Assembly (NCBI GenBank): GCA_009859145.1
Contig: VRVR01000011.1
Location: 12,097-76,096 of the forward strand
Direction of reading: 5' to 3'
Length of the DNA stretch: 64,000 nucleotides
Source: Andalucia godoyi And28
Taxonomy: Eukaryota > Protista > Jakobida
The notes under the pieces are model-generated. The model was not told the origin of the DNA and did not search any database. It saw nothing but the letters and a program-made list of their open reading frames with translations. The translations under genes and the position numbers were made by a program. Below, one piece after another: positions 31,933 to 42,662 of the stretch; positions within the stretch are counted from its first letter, which is position 1, and each line of letters starts with the position of its first letter.

Positions 31933-34900
31933 CTACATGTGCAACTGCGGAATCAGCGCCTCCGCTTCTCGCGCAAGCTTGTTCTGAATCTGCTTGTGCA
32001 AGCCACAAATATACTCCGGATAACTCTGGATTCCCCTGTCCTTTTGGGAATCCTCTACCAGACAGTTCATTGCGTACTGCCACCGTGGATCCTGCGAGCC
32101 TCTTACGAATCGGACTTTCAGCGATCTCGGCGATTTTCCTTGCAAATACGCCCAAATATTATAGATAATGTGTGCCATCGATTGGCGTTTTGCAGACGCC
32201 CAGTGTGAAGGAATCGCGTAGAGTGGCACAGGCGGAATCGCAAGCGACGTAGGGAAATTGCCATCTGTAGACACAACCAGAAAGTATGAGCCGTTCGATA
32301 TGATGTGCACCTTCTTGGCGTGGGAGTGGGAAGCTGTGGAAAACTGAACAAACTCCGCAGAAGCTCGAACTACATTCACATGAATGTCGTCGGACGCATG
32401 CTCGTCCCCGGAAACCCCGAATCCACTGTTATTGCTGCTCTGAGAGGATGCACCATGCTCAGTGACTACCAAAACATACGGATACTGTTGTTCCAATGAC
32501 GCAGCGGACCACATTCCAGAAAACGGATGCGTGAACAGGGCGCGGTCGTGGGGCGTGCTCAATGCTCCGTGGACATGCACTGCGGCAGCAACGAGACACG
32601 GAAGTGCCTTAAGGGTTTCTGGCAGCACGAGCTGCCCAGCAGAAGGATTCTGAGTGCAATGTCTGCGATAGCGCGCCAGCAACGTGACAAGACTATCGTT
32701 CATTGAAGAATACAATGCAGCCGCAGTCCCAGACAATACATTTTGTTGCGACGCAGAACTTGCCGTGCTGGCGGAAGCCCTTGCATTTGCATACGATGTC
32801 GAATGAATGGCCTTCCAAAGAAAAGACCAAAACACAGAGACTAGAGACGCAGACCGATACAGCGCGGACACGGTGTTGGTTGCGCAGGCCCATGGCAGGG
32901 TCATGACGCAAATGCGAGACTCGCGGGTAATGGAATTCATGTAGCGCACCGCGAGTTGAATGACTGAACCGGGCTCCTTTGCACCGGAAGAGGACGTCGT
33001 AGATCCAGTAACATACTGCGAAGGAATCTGGGACTGCGCGATCGAGTCGCTTACAGACAGAGGAATGTAAACGGACGAGCGCACAGACATGGACGGCACA
33101 GATAGCACAAAAGACGAGCTGGCAACAGCAATGGCACCTGGAGCCCCAGGTGACGATACTGAAGAGGGTTTGCTAGTGTCGATTTCGATCCCTGAACCAG
33201 TTCGAACGGCTATCGCAACGTCCATTGCAAAAGCGGAGTGCAGAGCATCGGACACATCGCGCTCGAGTGCAGCAGCAAACGTACCAGAGGCATCCCATGG
33301 AGAATATGTCTTCCACGCACCACCTGTCCGCTCGGTAACGACAATCATGGAGGGAATGTCAATCGACGACACAACAGAGGAGTTCCCGGCAGAAGAACTC
33401 GCCGGCGAAGGCGATGATGGAAACGATGTTCCCCCGCCCGCAGAAAACACGTCAACACGAACACCACCTTTGGCAAGTGCATTGCTGATGACATCCCAGG
33501 ATGCGCGAACCGCAGCAGATGACACTGGCGCTTCGTCAGTTGGAGGGCGCACTGGAAGCTTCCCAGCACCAATCCTTGGAGAGGAAGAGAGGAATGCGAT
33601 TATCCGGCCACCGTGTGGCGTCCTATCCTGGCTTGAACTTGACGAAGTTGGGGCGGAAACAGGAGCAGCAGAAAAAGAAGCCGGGCCCGCAGAGGATACA
33701 GTAAAGAACCGCTCAAGAAGATTGGTGCACAGCGCAAGAGCAGACCCAAACGCACAATCCGAGGATGGAATTTTTGTTCCGGAAACAATTCGTCCGACAC
33801 ATCCCCAGTCCCAGGAGGCGAGAGGCCGGAACGCAGCAGAAGGAGGAACTGCAGTGAATACATCCTCGACATCGGCCAGCGTGTTCACTTGGATGCTCCC
33901 CGCAGCACTGTGCGTCAAAATGGAAACATGCGATGACACCAGGATGACAGCGACGGGAATGTGAGAGGACGGAGATGCTGGCGTTGATGACGCCATCTGA
34001 GAAACCCCGAGAATGTGCTGCACAGTCGCCAAAAATGAAGATTCTATTGCATGCAACGACACATCGAGAATAATGCACATTGGGAGAGGACCAGAAAGAA
34101 GAGGAGAAAACGACGACTGCGAGGGGGACAAGGAGGAACCAACGGAGTACTCGACCATCCAGTTTGACAGTTCTGAATGCAGATGTTTGTCAGTTCTGCA
34201 ACCCCACGCATCCACCATGCCAGCCCCGTAATGCGGCGGGGAAGAATTGCGTGAAAACGCGCAGAGAGGGCATGTCCACGTTTGCGTATTGGGAGCAAAT
34301 GCTGCAAGCGGGTTCAGATAACCTCCGCATCGTTCGCATCGACAAGGAGCACTTTGTAGCAATGGCACGCTGGCATCCAAAGCGACTCCGCTGGTCGACG
34401 AGAGTTGTGAGGAGAACGGTGTCACAATGATCGACAGTGGCAAGTACGATTGTTCCAGAATCGCCTTGTTCGGCGGCAGTTTCGTCAGCGATGGAGCCAG
34501 AACAGGCATTGGAAGCGTCAGCAACTTCCGAGATTGGGAGATTGCATCCGTCACTGCGCTGTCTGAGCCAGTAAGCGTGCAGTGAACAGCAACCACAGGA
34601 GACGGAATCGCCGATGCATCCACCCCCGATTGGGAGTGGGATGGCTGCTGCTGCATATGCGGCTGCGCAACACTACTCGCATGCTGCACCTGCGGCTGCG
34701 GCTGCGGCTGCGGCTGAGCCACGGGCAGAGGCTGCGCCATTGGAGCTGCAGATCCTTGAAAAACTGGCGGCTGACCACTTGCAGTCTGCGGATGCAAAAC
34801 GCCGAGTGGTGGCGGGGAATGAAAACTCTGCATTGCATGTGGCGATGTCGACGAAGCAGTTTGAGGATATGCAGGATATGCGCTGCCCGCCATTGGTGCC

Positions 34901-35238
34901 GCAGACCCCTGCATAAACATCGGGGGTGGAGCAACAGGCGGCGAAGCATAAGACAACGACGACGCCACGGGGCCTTGGACTGAAGGGTTTTGCGAACCCT
35001 GCCAAGTCGGGGGCAGTTGCGACTGACTCTGGCTCAGACTCTGGTGCTGCGGTTGAAATAGAGAAGCGGGCTGCTGCGCGGGAGGTGCGCCATACTGCTG
35101 CATCCGCGGCGGCTGGCCTGGAAACCCCAATTGCGCACCTGGCGGCATTCCTGGCGGCACAGACATTGGCGGCTGCGGACTCGCATTCACGGCAGAGCCC
35201 GGAGCTTCAAATGGGTTTGGATAGCGTGATTGCTGCAT
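31933..35238 (-). CDS. SEC24: Divergent Sec24-like COPII cargo adaptor
   Basis: P/Q-rich N-terminus; zinc finger CRCERCGGYLNP...WTCPLC; vWA trunk (IILDVSLHA, GGRIIAF, RIGAGKL, VRVDVF, ERTGG); LVLPETLKALP; YPEYICGLHKQIQ. Confidence 0.8.
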   Translation of the reverse strand: MQQSRYPNPFEAPGSAVNASPQPPMSVPPGMPPGAQLGFPGQPPRMQQYGAPPAQQPASLFQPQHQSLSQSQSQLPPTWQGSQNPSVQGPVASSLSYASPPVAPPPMFMQGSAAPMAGSAYPAYPQTASSTSPHAMQSFHSPPPLGVLHPQTASGQPPVFQGSAAPMAQPLPVAQPQPQPQPQVQHASSVAQPHMQQQPSHSQSGVDASAIPSPVVAVHCTLTGSDSAVTDAISQSRKLLTLPMPVLAPSLTKLPPNKAILEQSYLPLSIIVTPFSSQLSSTSGVALDASVPLLQSAPCRCERCGGYLNPLAAFAPNTQTWTCPLCAFSRNSSPPHYGAGMVDAWGCRTDKHLHSELSNWMVEYSVGSSLSPSQSSFSPLLSGPLPMCIILDVSLHAIESSFLATVQHILGVSQMASSTPASPSSHIPVAVILVSSHVSILTHSAAGSIQVNTLADVEDVFTAVPPSAAFRPLASWDWGCVGRIVSGTKIPSSDCAFGSALALCTNLLERFFTVSSAGPASFSAAPVSAPTSSSSSQDRTPHGGRIIAFLSSSPRIGAGKLPVRPPTDEAPVSSAAVRASWDVISNALAKGGVRVDVFSAGGGTSFPSSPSPASSSAGNSSVVSSIDIPSMIVVTERTGGAWKTYSPWDASGTFAAALERDVSDALHSAFAMDVAIAVRTGSGIEIDTSKPSSVSSPGAPGAIAVASSSFVLSVPSMSVRSSVYIPLSVSDSIAQSQIPSQYVTGSTTSSSGAKEPGSVIQLAVRYMNSITRESRICVMTLPWACATNTVSALYRSASLVSVFWSFLWKAIHSTSYANARASASTASSASQQNVLSGTAAALYSSMNDSLVTLLARYRRHCTQNPSAGQLVLPETLKALPCLVAAAVHVHGALSTPHDRALFTHPFSGMWSAASLEQQYPYVLVVTEHGASSQSSNNSGFGVSGDEHASDDIHVNVVRASAEFVQFSTASHSHAKKVHIISNGSYFLVVSTDGNFPTSLAIPPVPLYAIPSHWASAKRQSMAHIIYNIWAYLQGKSPRSLKVRFVRGSQDPRWQYAMNCLVEDSQKDRGIQSYPEYICGLHKQIQNKLAREAEALIPQLHM

Positions 35239-35674
35239 TGGACAGCGCGAGAACAAAAAAAGCGAAGAGAACGAGGAGACGTTTTCCTTTTTTGATTTTC
35301 CTGTTTCCCTAATTAAAATAATTTTTAAATTTTTTGAAAATAAAATTGGGAGAGAAACCAACAACAAAATGAAAGCAATGACAAATAGGAAACCCCACGT
35401 GTCGAAAGTCGATTGTCGAAGGACTCGTTGGGGTGTCGTGGGGCCCCGTGATCTGCAGGCTCACTTGATGCATGTTCAAAACCCGTAAAAGAGCCCAAAT
35501 CGGCCCAGGAAGACTCACGCACGGCCATCGTGCACCGAGCGTCGAGCACCGAGCGTCGGACGCTATCAACCCATACCAACCAAAAATTCTGGACCTCTCT
35601 TAATGAATGTCAGGATTCTGTTTTTCCTTTTTGTAAAGAGGAGATTTTCCCCGACCAAGAATTGCATAAGAAGA

Positions 35675-36064
35675 ATGAGTCTTTCCGTGTTGTACAGCTC
35701 GGCAAATGATCCGCAGCATCCGGCATCCGCAGTTCTAACGGCGAGTCCGACGAGTGCGAATTTTTGGAGCACAACGGGGCTTTTCCCGCATGAGCTGGCT
35801 CTTGGTCTTTCCACTTCAAAGGCGCTGTCGAAAATTAAGCTTGTCTCTACAGGAATCCATCATCTTGTGATTGAACGACAGGAGGATGCAAATGATGCAA
35901 AGTGGATCAAGGTTGTGGATGCAAAAGTGAACGCAAAAGAAGGCGGTGTTCAGCGCGAGGTTTTTAATTTTCAAAAGGGCACGCCTTCCAAGGCACTCCG
36001 AATCAACATTCTGAGCTCCCATGAAGATTTCTGCAGAATATTCGCAGTCTCCATCGAGGATTAA
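35675..36064 (+). CDS. IFT25: Intraflagellar transport protein 25 (HSPB11)
   Basis: DPQHPASAVL, FWSTTGLFPHEL, LRINILSSHEDF. Confidence 0.9.
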   Translation: MSLSVLYSSANDPQHPASAVLTASPTSANFWSTTGLFPHELALGLSTSKALSKIKLVSTGIHHLVIERQEDANDAKWIKVVDAKVNAKEGGVQREVFNFQKGTPSKALRINILSSHEDFCRIFAVSIED

Positions 36065-36560
36065 TAATTAAAAAAATTCAATAGTAAGTAAATCAGAATA
36101 GGTCGAGAAGAAAGGGGGAAAAAAAGAATAAATCAGAGTGCAATATCTCTCATCAGCTGTAAAAAATGGCAGTTGTTTCTGGCCGAACGAGTCTTTGATC
36201 TCTCAACATGACGTGAGCCATGAATTCCAGAATAGGGAAAATCGTCATACATTTTTCTCCGCCTCTTTTACTCTCCTTCCTTGAAATCCATTTCCTTTTC
36301 GGTTTCAATCCTGTTGTTGTTGTTTCTATAATTCCCTTTCCTTTTCCTCTTTTCCTCTTTTTTTTTTTCTTTCGCCCTTTACTTTCTCCCTGCATAACTT
36401 GCGTCTTCGACGATTCTTTGCTCTTCTTCTTTTTGGCAGTTGTCTAGATTTAGTGTTTTGTTCTTAAGGTTTTAAGGGTTTTATTTGTTGTTGTTGTTTT
36501 TTTTCTTTTTTCGCTTCTTTCTTTTTTGGTTTTTCGTGTGTTGAATTGTCTGCCGGGAAC

Positions 36561-38144
36561 ATGAAGCAAGATCCGCGTTTCACGACTGTGACTACTTCGG
36601 CACCCGTCGAAGAGATCCTGGCGAACCTGACAAACTTTGCTCAGCAGACTGCACGTCTCGGAGACGAAAACCGTGAGTTTCTGGATCGTCCGTTGTTTGG
36701 AACGACCATGTATGTTGCGGAGTGCTCGCTGGACACGGTGTTCGGCACGTTTACAGCGTATGTGTTCCAGGACATCATCGTCAAGAACTACATTGTGAGT
36801 CTTGCCCGGGGGGATATCCACTCTGCCCCGGTGTTGTACACGAGACTGCACTCCAGCTGTGTAACGTCGGAGACGTTGCGTGGTGCGGACTGCGACTGTG
36901 TCCAGCAGCTGGAAGGTGCGTTCCAGGTGATCGCAGAAAAGGGCCATGGCGTGCTGTTTTATTTGATTCAGGAAGGACGTGGAACAGGTTATGTCCCGAA
37001 AGCTCGGGACCGCATGATTGTGCAAGCATGTGCAGACAAGGTTTCCACATTCCAGGCGTACAAACTCATGGGTCTCAAGAAGGATTACAGAGACTACCGC
37101 AACATCCGTGACATTTGCGAGATCCTTGGAATCCCCAAGGCATCGTGGATTGTCCTGACGAACAACCCGGACAAGGTGAATGCAATGCGTGAACTTGGTC
37201 TTTCTGTGGTTGGAAGCGAGGCGCTGGAGTTTTCTCCGGGGCCTTTCAATTTGTCGTATTTGCAGTCCAAGCAGGAGTCCGGACATGTCCTCGACCTTGT
37301 GAACCGTGCGGGAATCGCATCAGCACTGCCACCAGAGCCCGTCCAATTGTTCAAGCCTTTTGCATTGCCCCATGCGCAGCGCTTCATCTACTCCGCATCG
37401 TACTACTTGCCCGTGAAGCCAGTCAATGACGAGATCCTGATGGATCAAGCCACTTTTGACACCGTCTTTCCCGCAGCGAACCCCATTTCTTCCTACGTTG
37501 GAGACGAGATTGTTTCGTACCGATCCATCTCGGGCGGGCGCTACATGGTGACGGTAAATGAGGCACGGTTGCTGAAGCTGCGCAAGGAGTCTCCCAACAA
37601 CCCCATCTGTCTGCTGGCTTCCATGCCATATTGGTTCAAGGTCCATGTCTACTATGATGTGGTTACCGGCTTGGACCACGTCGTGCTGACGTTTGGAAAG
37701 CCGTCCGAGGACGTCCCGATTGTGCGGGTCCATTCGGAGTCGCTATTCAATCGTTTCCCATTGTCCGACGTCCATGAAAAGAAAAAGTACATGTCTGCCA
37801 TTTCGCACATTGTCGAGCATGGATCAGGTGTCATCATCCTCTTATACAACGACGGTCGTGGTGCTGGTTTCGGCGCCCATGTCCTCGACAAGATGCTTCA
37901 AGAAACGCATCTTGCGCGTTCCAGCTCTGTCGCCTACCAGGAAATGGGCGTCAGTTACGACTCCCGGGATTACGAGGCTTCCATGATCCTGCTGCGCCAC
38001 CACGTCCCTCACGCAAGAATTCAAATGATCATCAACACTGCTTCCAGCTTGGTCGTGAAGCCGGAGATCTGCAACGCTCTCCATCAGTATGGCCTCGACG
38101 TGCAGCGGTGGATTTTCATTGATAAGAATAGCCACAGTTCATAG
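36561..38144 (+). CDS. ribA: GTP cyclohydrolase II-like protein with two tandem RibA domains (second degenerate)
   Basis: Domain 1: TRLHSSCVTSETLRGADCDC (C-x10-C-x-C zinc site), QEGRG, DYRDY, LTNNPDK. Domain 2: VRVHSES, NDGRGAG, DSRDY, with no zinc Cys. Confidence 0.8.
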   Translation: MKQDPRFTTVTTSAPVEEILANLTNFAQQTARLGDENREFLDRPLFGTTMYVAECSLDTVFGTFTAYVFQDIIVKNYIVSLARGDIHSAPVLYTRLHSSCVTSETLRGADCDCVQQLEGAFQVIAEKGHGVLFYLIQEGRGTGYVPKARDRMIVQACADKVSTFQAYKLMGLKKDYRDYRNIRDICEILGIPKASWIVLTNNPDKVNAMRELGLSVVGSEALEFSPGPFNLSYLQSKQESGHVLDLVNRAGIASALPPEPVQLFKPFALPHAQRFIYSASYYLPVKPVNDEILMDQATFDTVFPAANPISSYVGDEIVSYRSISGGRYMVTVNEARLLKLRKESPNNPICLLASMPYWFKVHVYYDVVTGLDHVVLTFGKPSEDVPIVRVHSESLFNRFPLSDVHEKKKYMSAISHIVEHGSGVIILLYNDGRGAGFGAHVLDKMLQETHLARSSSVAYQEMGVSYDSRDYEASMILLRHHVPHARIQMIINTASSLVVKPEICNALHQYGLDVQRWIFIDKNSHSS

Positions 38145-38999
38145 ACATTTTGATAAAGTAAACTATCGTTCGTCCGCCCTTGTCGTGTGCTCGATGCTCA
38201 TCAGCCGCCGTCGTGTTTCGACTCCTCCGCAGCTGCAACATCCCCCCGCCTTTGCTGCTGATAGGTAGCTGAGGGCCTTCCAATGAATGACTGTGAAGCG
38301 GTGTGTTGTCCATTCTTTGTCATTCTTTTTGCTATTATTTTTTTCTTCTTCCGTTTCCCCCGCCCCCTCTTCCTTTCTGGCATCTTTTGAATATCATTAT
38401 TCATGTATAAAAATTCATATTTGTTCTGCTTTTGTTCCTTTAATACTGCTTATTGGATTATTATCATTTTCTTGATCATTGTTGTTTGAAGGAAATTGCT
38501 TTCGAGAGTGTCCCGCTCGCCAAAACATGAATCATTATTGATCATCATCGGCTAGCTGTCCCCGAAGACAGATCCAATTTGAGTGCGAGCACCAACTCTT
38601 CAATGCAGATTGCTCTGCATCAGAGGGTCATCGCTTCTTCTTCTTGCTCTCGGCCTCCGACGAGAGGAGATCAATGGGTTTCTTGGTTCTCGCTATCTTC
38701 GGGCATGGCTGGTGTGAGTTTGTTGGGAAGATCCCTCTTTGGAGCCATGAGATGCTTTGTCCCTGATGAAAGGTGCTGCTTGAGGGTTCAATTATAAAAA
38801 AAACAAGCAGAAATAAATAAAGAGAAATCTAAAGTGACGAACGCTGGTGATACACAAAGCTGTCGGTCGTACGTTATTGCACAAATCTACTGGCTGTTTC
38901 CCTCTTTTTCTCTATTCTGTCTTCCTTTCCTGTGTGTTGTATGCTTACGTTTGTTGTGTGTGTTTTGATGAAAGAGTGTATTTGAAAAAAAAAATTGTA

Positions 39000-41900
39000 A
39001 TGACTGCAGTCGCATCTTCAGTTCCAAAAGCGATGGCATCCGTTTCTGACAGTTCGGGTGGTGGTCCACTAACTGGTCGGAAGCCGTCCCAATCCAATCT
39101 CTGTTGTTGCACAAATGAAAAAATGGCTGCGGGCATCGAAGTCGATGCTTTCTACTGCCTGTTCTCCGACGCGAAAAAACTGTATCACCGATGCTTGTAT
39201 TCGGAGTCCTCGAGGATCGTTTCGCACATACTGTCGCTTCCTGGCTTGTCTCATATCGCGTATCAATCTCCAGATTTTTTGCTGTTCGCTGGCGCAGTGT
39301 ATTATCATCTCTTTGATTTTAGGGAATCTATGAAGTTTAACAGTGCGGCTCTTTCGTTGGACAGCAGGCTCTGCGAGGCGCTGTCCAATCTCGGAAACTG
39401 CAGTCGAGAACTAGGACAGACGGACGTGGCCATCATGTACTATCGGCAAGCAATGGAGACAAACCCCGGCTTTCCAGATGCTTACAACAACATGGGCTCG
39501 CTGCTTGTGCAGATTGGTAGGCTTCCTGCTGCCGTCGAGTATTTCGAGCGAGCTTTGCGGCTCTCTCCACAGTGGACGTCATGCAGAACTGATTTGGGAA
39601 ATGTGTACAGATGCTTGGGACAGCTTGATTTAGCGAGACAGTGTTTTGAGGCAGTGGTGATGATTGATCCGTCCTACGCTCCAGCGTGGGCACATCTCGG
39701 ATTTTGCTATCGGGATGCGGGATGTGCAAACATTGCAACGGTATGTCTTGTACGAGCTTTGAAAACGCTGCTTGTAGGGACGCCTGTTGACGCGTTCTTG
39801 TCCAGCAGTGTGTTTCATTCGTATGATGCCACGTTGCCGCCGAACCTTGCTTCGTATCCGAACGCGGCTGTTTCTGCATCGCCTGTTGCAACGCCTCTTG
39901 TTTCTTCTCCATACAGGTTTCGAATGCCCTTTCCGCCTTCGACTGCTCCACCAACCTCTGTTTGCCCAAGAAAACTGATCTTTTCGTCCTCTCCAGATAG
40001 CTCCCATTCCCCAAGGGTGGCCAGAACGTCGTCTTACACGCTATCCTCCTCCTCCTCCTGTTCTTCTTCATTGTCGCTATCGTCGTCGTCATCTTCTTCA
40101 TCTCTCTCTGCTCCTGCTCCTTCGTCTGCTTATCCTGCGTTGAATGATGGTTGTCATTCCGTCAGTGCCTTGACGATGAATTTGGACCAAGTTTCATCTT
40201 TTCTGTCGTCCATTCCCACGATTTCGCTCAATCTTATCGCAGAGGCTGCGAGTTCACTTGCAACGCTGTTCAAAGACATGAACCAGAGCTCGATTGCGGT
40301 CGAATTGTTTCGCTTGGCCATATGTGCCCGTCCCCAATCCTCTCCGTTGCATGCGAACCTCGCTGCGCTCTATCACTCCATCTTCATGCTTCAAGACGCT
40401 GCCCGCGAGTATGGTCTTGCTTTGCAGTTTGCGGATGCATCGCAATTTCCAGTTTGCTTACGTGCAGATGCTCTGAATAATATGGGAAATGCTCTAAAAG
40501 AACAAGGGCTGGTCGACCAGGCGGTCGTCTGCTATCGCTCCTCTTTGGCGTTGGTGCCTCTGCATGCTCACGCTCTCAACAATCTAGGGAATGCGTACAA
40601 GGAACTTGGATTGATTGGAGATGCGTTGACCTGCTATCAAACTGCTGTTCGGGCTTCGCAGCCTGTTCATTCAGCAGCACCGTTGTCTAACATGGCATCA
40701 TTGCTGAAAGAAATTGGCCAAATGGACCAAGCTCTTCTGTATTACCGAAAGGCGTTGGAGATTGATCCCAATTTTGTCGACGCTCACTCGAACTACGCAA
40801 ATGCGTTGAAAGACATTGGGCATGTGGATGAAGCAGTATCGCACTACCAGATCGCAGTTACGTTGAATCCACAGTTCGCAACAGGCTTCAACAACCTCGC
40901 GTCTGCCTTCAAGGACTCTGGAAGAGTCATAGAAGCGATATCGTCGTACCAACGGGCTCTTTCGCTGAAGCCCGATCTCCACGACGCACTGTGCAATATG
41001 TTTCATGCAATGACCACGGTGTGCATGTGGGAGAATCGTGAGGCCATCTTGCAGTGTGTGATTTCTGTTGTCGAGACCCAGCTGAAGAGTTCGGTGTTTC
41101 CCTCTATGCAGCCATTCCATGCCTTGGCGTATCCTGTATCTCCGGAACTTTTTCGAGGCGTGTGCACCGCGTATGCTGAGAGAGCTAAGCTCAGCGCTTT
41201 GCAGTCCTTCCAGCTGTGGAGTGCACGCCACAAGGCTGCGTCCTGTGGTCCGGATGCTTTTGCTCCACTGCATCTCCCAACTTCCCAGATTCTGCAAGGC
41301 TGGGAGGGTGCTGGGCCGTCGCGCCGTGTGCGCATTGGGTATGTTTCGTCTGACTTTGGAAACCATCCGTTGTCGCATTTAATGCAATCTGTATTTGGAA
41401 TGCACGACAGATCTCGATTTGAGGTATTTTGCTTCGCATTGAACCCTGACGACAACTCTGTGTTTCGCTCGAAGATTGCTCGGGAAGTTGAGCATTTTGT
41501 CGATGTTTCGGCATTGGAGACAGAGTCCATTGCAGGGCTGATTGTGCAGCATCAAATTCACATTTTGGTGAATCTCAATGGCTACACGAAAGGAGCGAGG
41601 AATGAAATCTTTGCACTGCAGCCATCCCCGATCCAATGCATGTATATGGGATTCCCGGGGACGTCCGGAGCCTCGTATATCCAATACTTTATTACGGATA
41701 CTGTCACGACTCCACTGGAATGCGAAAGATCCTTTTCGGAGAAGCTGGTGCGCATGCCGAATTCCTATTTCGTCTGCGACCACAAACAGTGTTTTGGTGC
41801 ATTGCTCCAAGAAGAGGTGCGCTTGCTTCCTCTGCGCAATTCCATCCGGGAGCAATACGGGTTGCCACCTTCTCCGCATGCCGTTGTTCTCGGCACGTTC

Positions 41901-42512
41901 AACCAATTGTACAAGATTGATCCACAAACGTTTGACACGTGGTGCGGAATTTTGAAACGCCTTCCGCATGCGGTACTGTGGCTTCTGCGATTTCCTGCGG
42001 CCGGAGAACCATTTCTTCGAAAGTATGCATTTGAGAAACACGGCTTGTCGGAGGACAGAATTGTGTTTTCAGATGTGGCGGCCAAAGATGAACATATCCA
42101 GCGAGGTCTCTTAGTCGATGTTTTCTTGGATACACCCATGTGCAACGGCCATACCACCGGAACGGATATTCTCTGGGCGGGAACTCCGATGGTTACCCTG
42201 CCTCTGCAATCTATGGCGTCTCGAGTTGCTTCGTCGCTGCTGCACGCAATGGGGTTTCCCGAGATGGTTGCATCTTCCTTTGCAAACTACGCCGACATTG
42301 TTGTGGACATTGCGTCTTCGCCCGCCAAACTGGATGCGCTACGCGAGAGGATGCGAGCAGCGCGCCTTTCTTGTCCGCTGTTTGATACGGTGCGCTGGGT
42401 ACGGAACCTTGAAAGGAGCTTTTGTGAAATGTGGCGCATGTATGTTGTGTCCAAAGGAACGGAATTCCGAAATATTGATGTTTACGAGTCGTCGCCCTCT
42501 ATTTATTCGTAA
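39000..42512 (+). CDS. OGT: O-GlcNAc transferase (OGT/SEC type; TPRs plus GT41)
   Basis: Multiple TPRs; RIGYVSSDFGNHP, LNGYTKGARNE, FNQLYKIDP, DTPMCNGHTTGTDILWAGTP, ASRVASS. Confidence 0.95.
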   Translation: MTAVASSVPKAMASVSDSSGGGPLTGRKPSQSNLCCCTNEKMAAGIEVDAFYCLFSDAKKLYHRCLYSESSRIVSHILSLPGLSHIAYQSPDFLLFAGAVYYHLFDFRESMKFNSAALSLDSRLCEALSNLGNCSRELGQTDVAIMYYRQAMETNPGFPDAYNNMGSLLVQIGRLPAAVEYFERALRLSPQWTSCRTDLGNVYRCLGQLDLARQCFEAVVMIDPSYAPAWAHLGFCYRDAGCANIATVCLVRALKTLLVGTPVDAFLSSSVFHSYDATLPPNLASYPNAAVSASPVATPLVSSPYRFRMPFPPSTAPPTSVCPRKLIFSSSPDSSHSPRVARTSSYTLSSSSSCSSSLSLSSSSSSSSLSAPAPSSAYPALNDGCHSVSALTMNLDQVSSFLSSIPTISLNLIAEAASSLATLFKDMNQSSIAVELFRLAICARPQSSPLHANLAALYHSIFMLQDAAREYGLALQFADASQFPVCLRADALNNMGNALKEQGLVDQAVVCYRSSLALVPLHAHALNNLGNAYKELGLIGDALTCYQTAVRASQPVHSAAPLSNMASLLKEIGQMDQALLYYRKALEIDPNFVDAHSNYANALKDIGHVDEAVSHYQIAVTLNPQFATGFNNLASAFKDSGRVIEAISSYQRALSLKPDLHDALCNMFHAMTTVCMWENREAILQCVISVVETQLKSSVFPSMQPFHALAYPVSPELFRGVCTAYAERAKLSALQSFQLWSARHKAASCGPDAFAPLHLPTSQILQGWEGAGPSRRVRIGYVSSDFGNHPLSHLMQSVFGMHDRSRFEVFCFALNPDDNSVFRSKIAREVEHFVDVSALETESIAGLIVQHQIHILVNLNGYTKGARNEIFALQPSPIQCMYMGFPGTSGASYIQYFITDTVTTPLECERSFSEKLVRMPNSYFVCDHKQCFGALLQEEVRLLPLRNSIREQYGLPPSPHAVVLGTFNQLYKIDPQTFDTWCGILKRLPHAVLWLLRFPAAGEPFLRKYAFEKHGLSEDRIVFSDVAAKDEHIQRGLLVDVFLDTPMCNGHTTGTDILWAGTPMVTLPLQSMASRVASSLLHAMGFPEMVASSFANYADIVVDIASSPAKLDALRERMRAARLSCPLFDTVRWVRNLERSFCEMWRMYVVSKGTEFRNIDVYESSPSIYS

Positions 42513-42662
42513 CCAATGAGATGTGTACAAGGCATCCCTATCGTTCTGTGTTTATTAGTGTTTATTTATTCTGTATTTTTATCATCACAATTTAACTTTG
42601 GAACACGATCATGAATCAGTATCCTGTTTTTTTCGGATTTTTTTTTTGTTGCACTCACCCAC

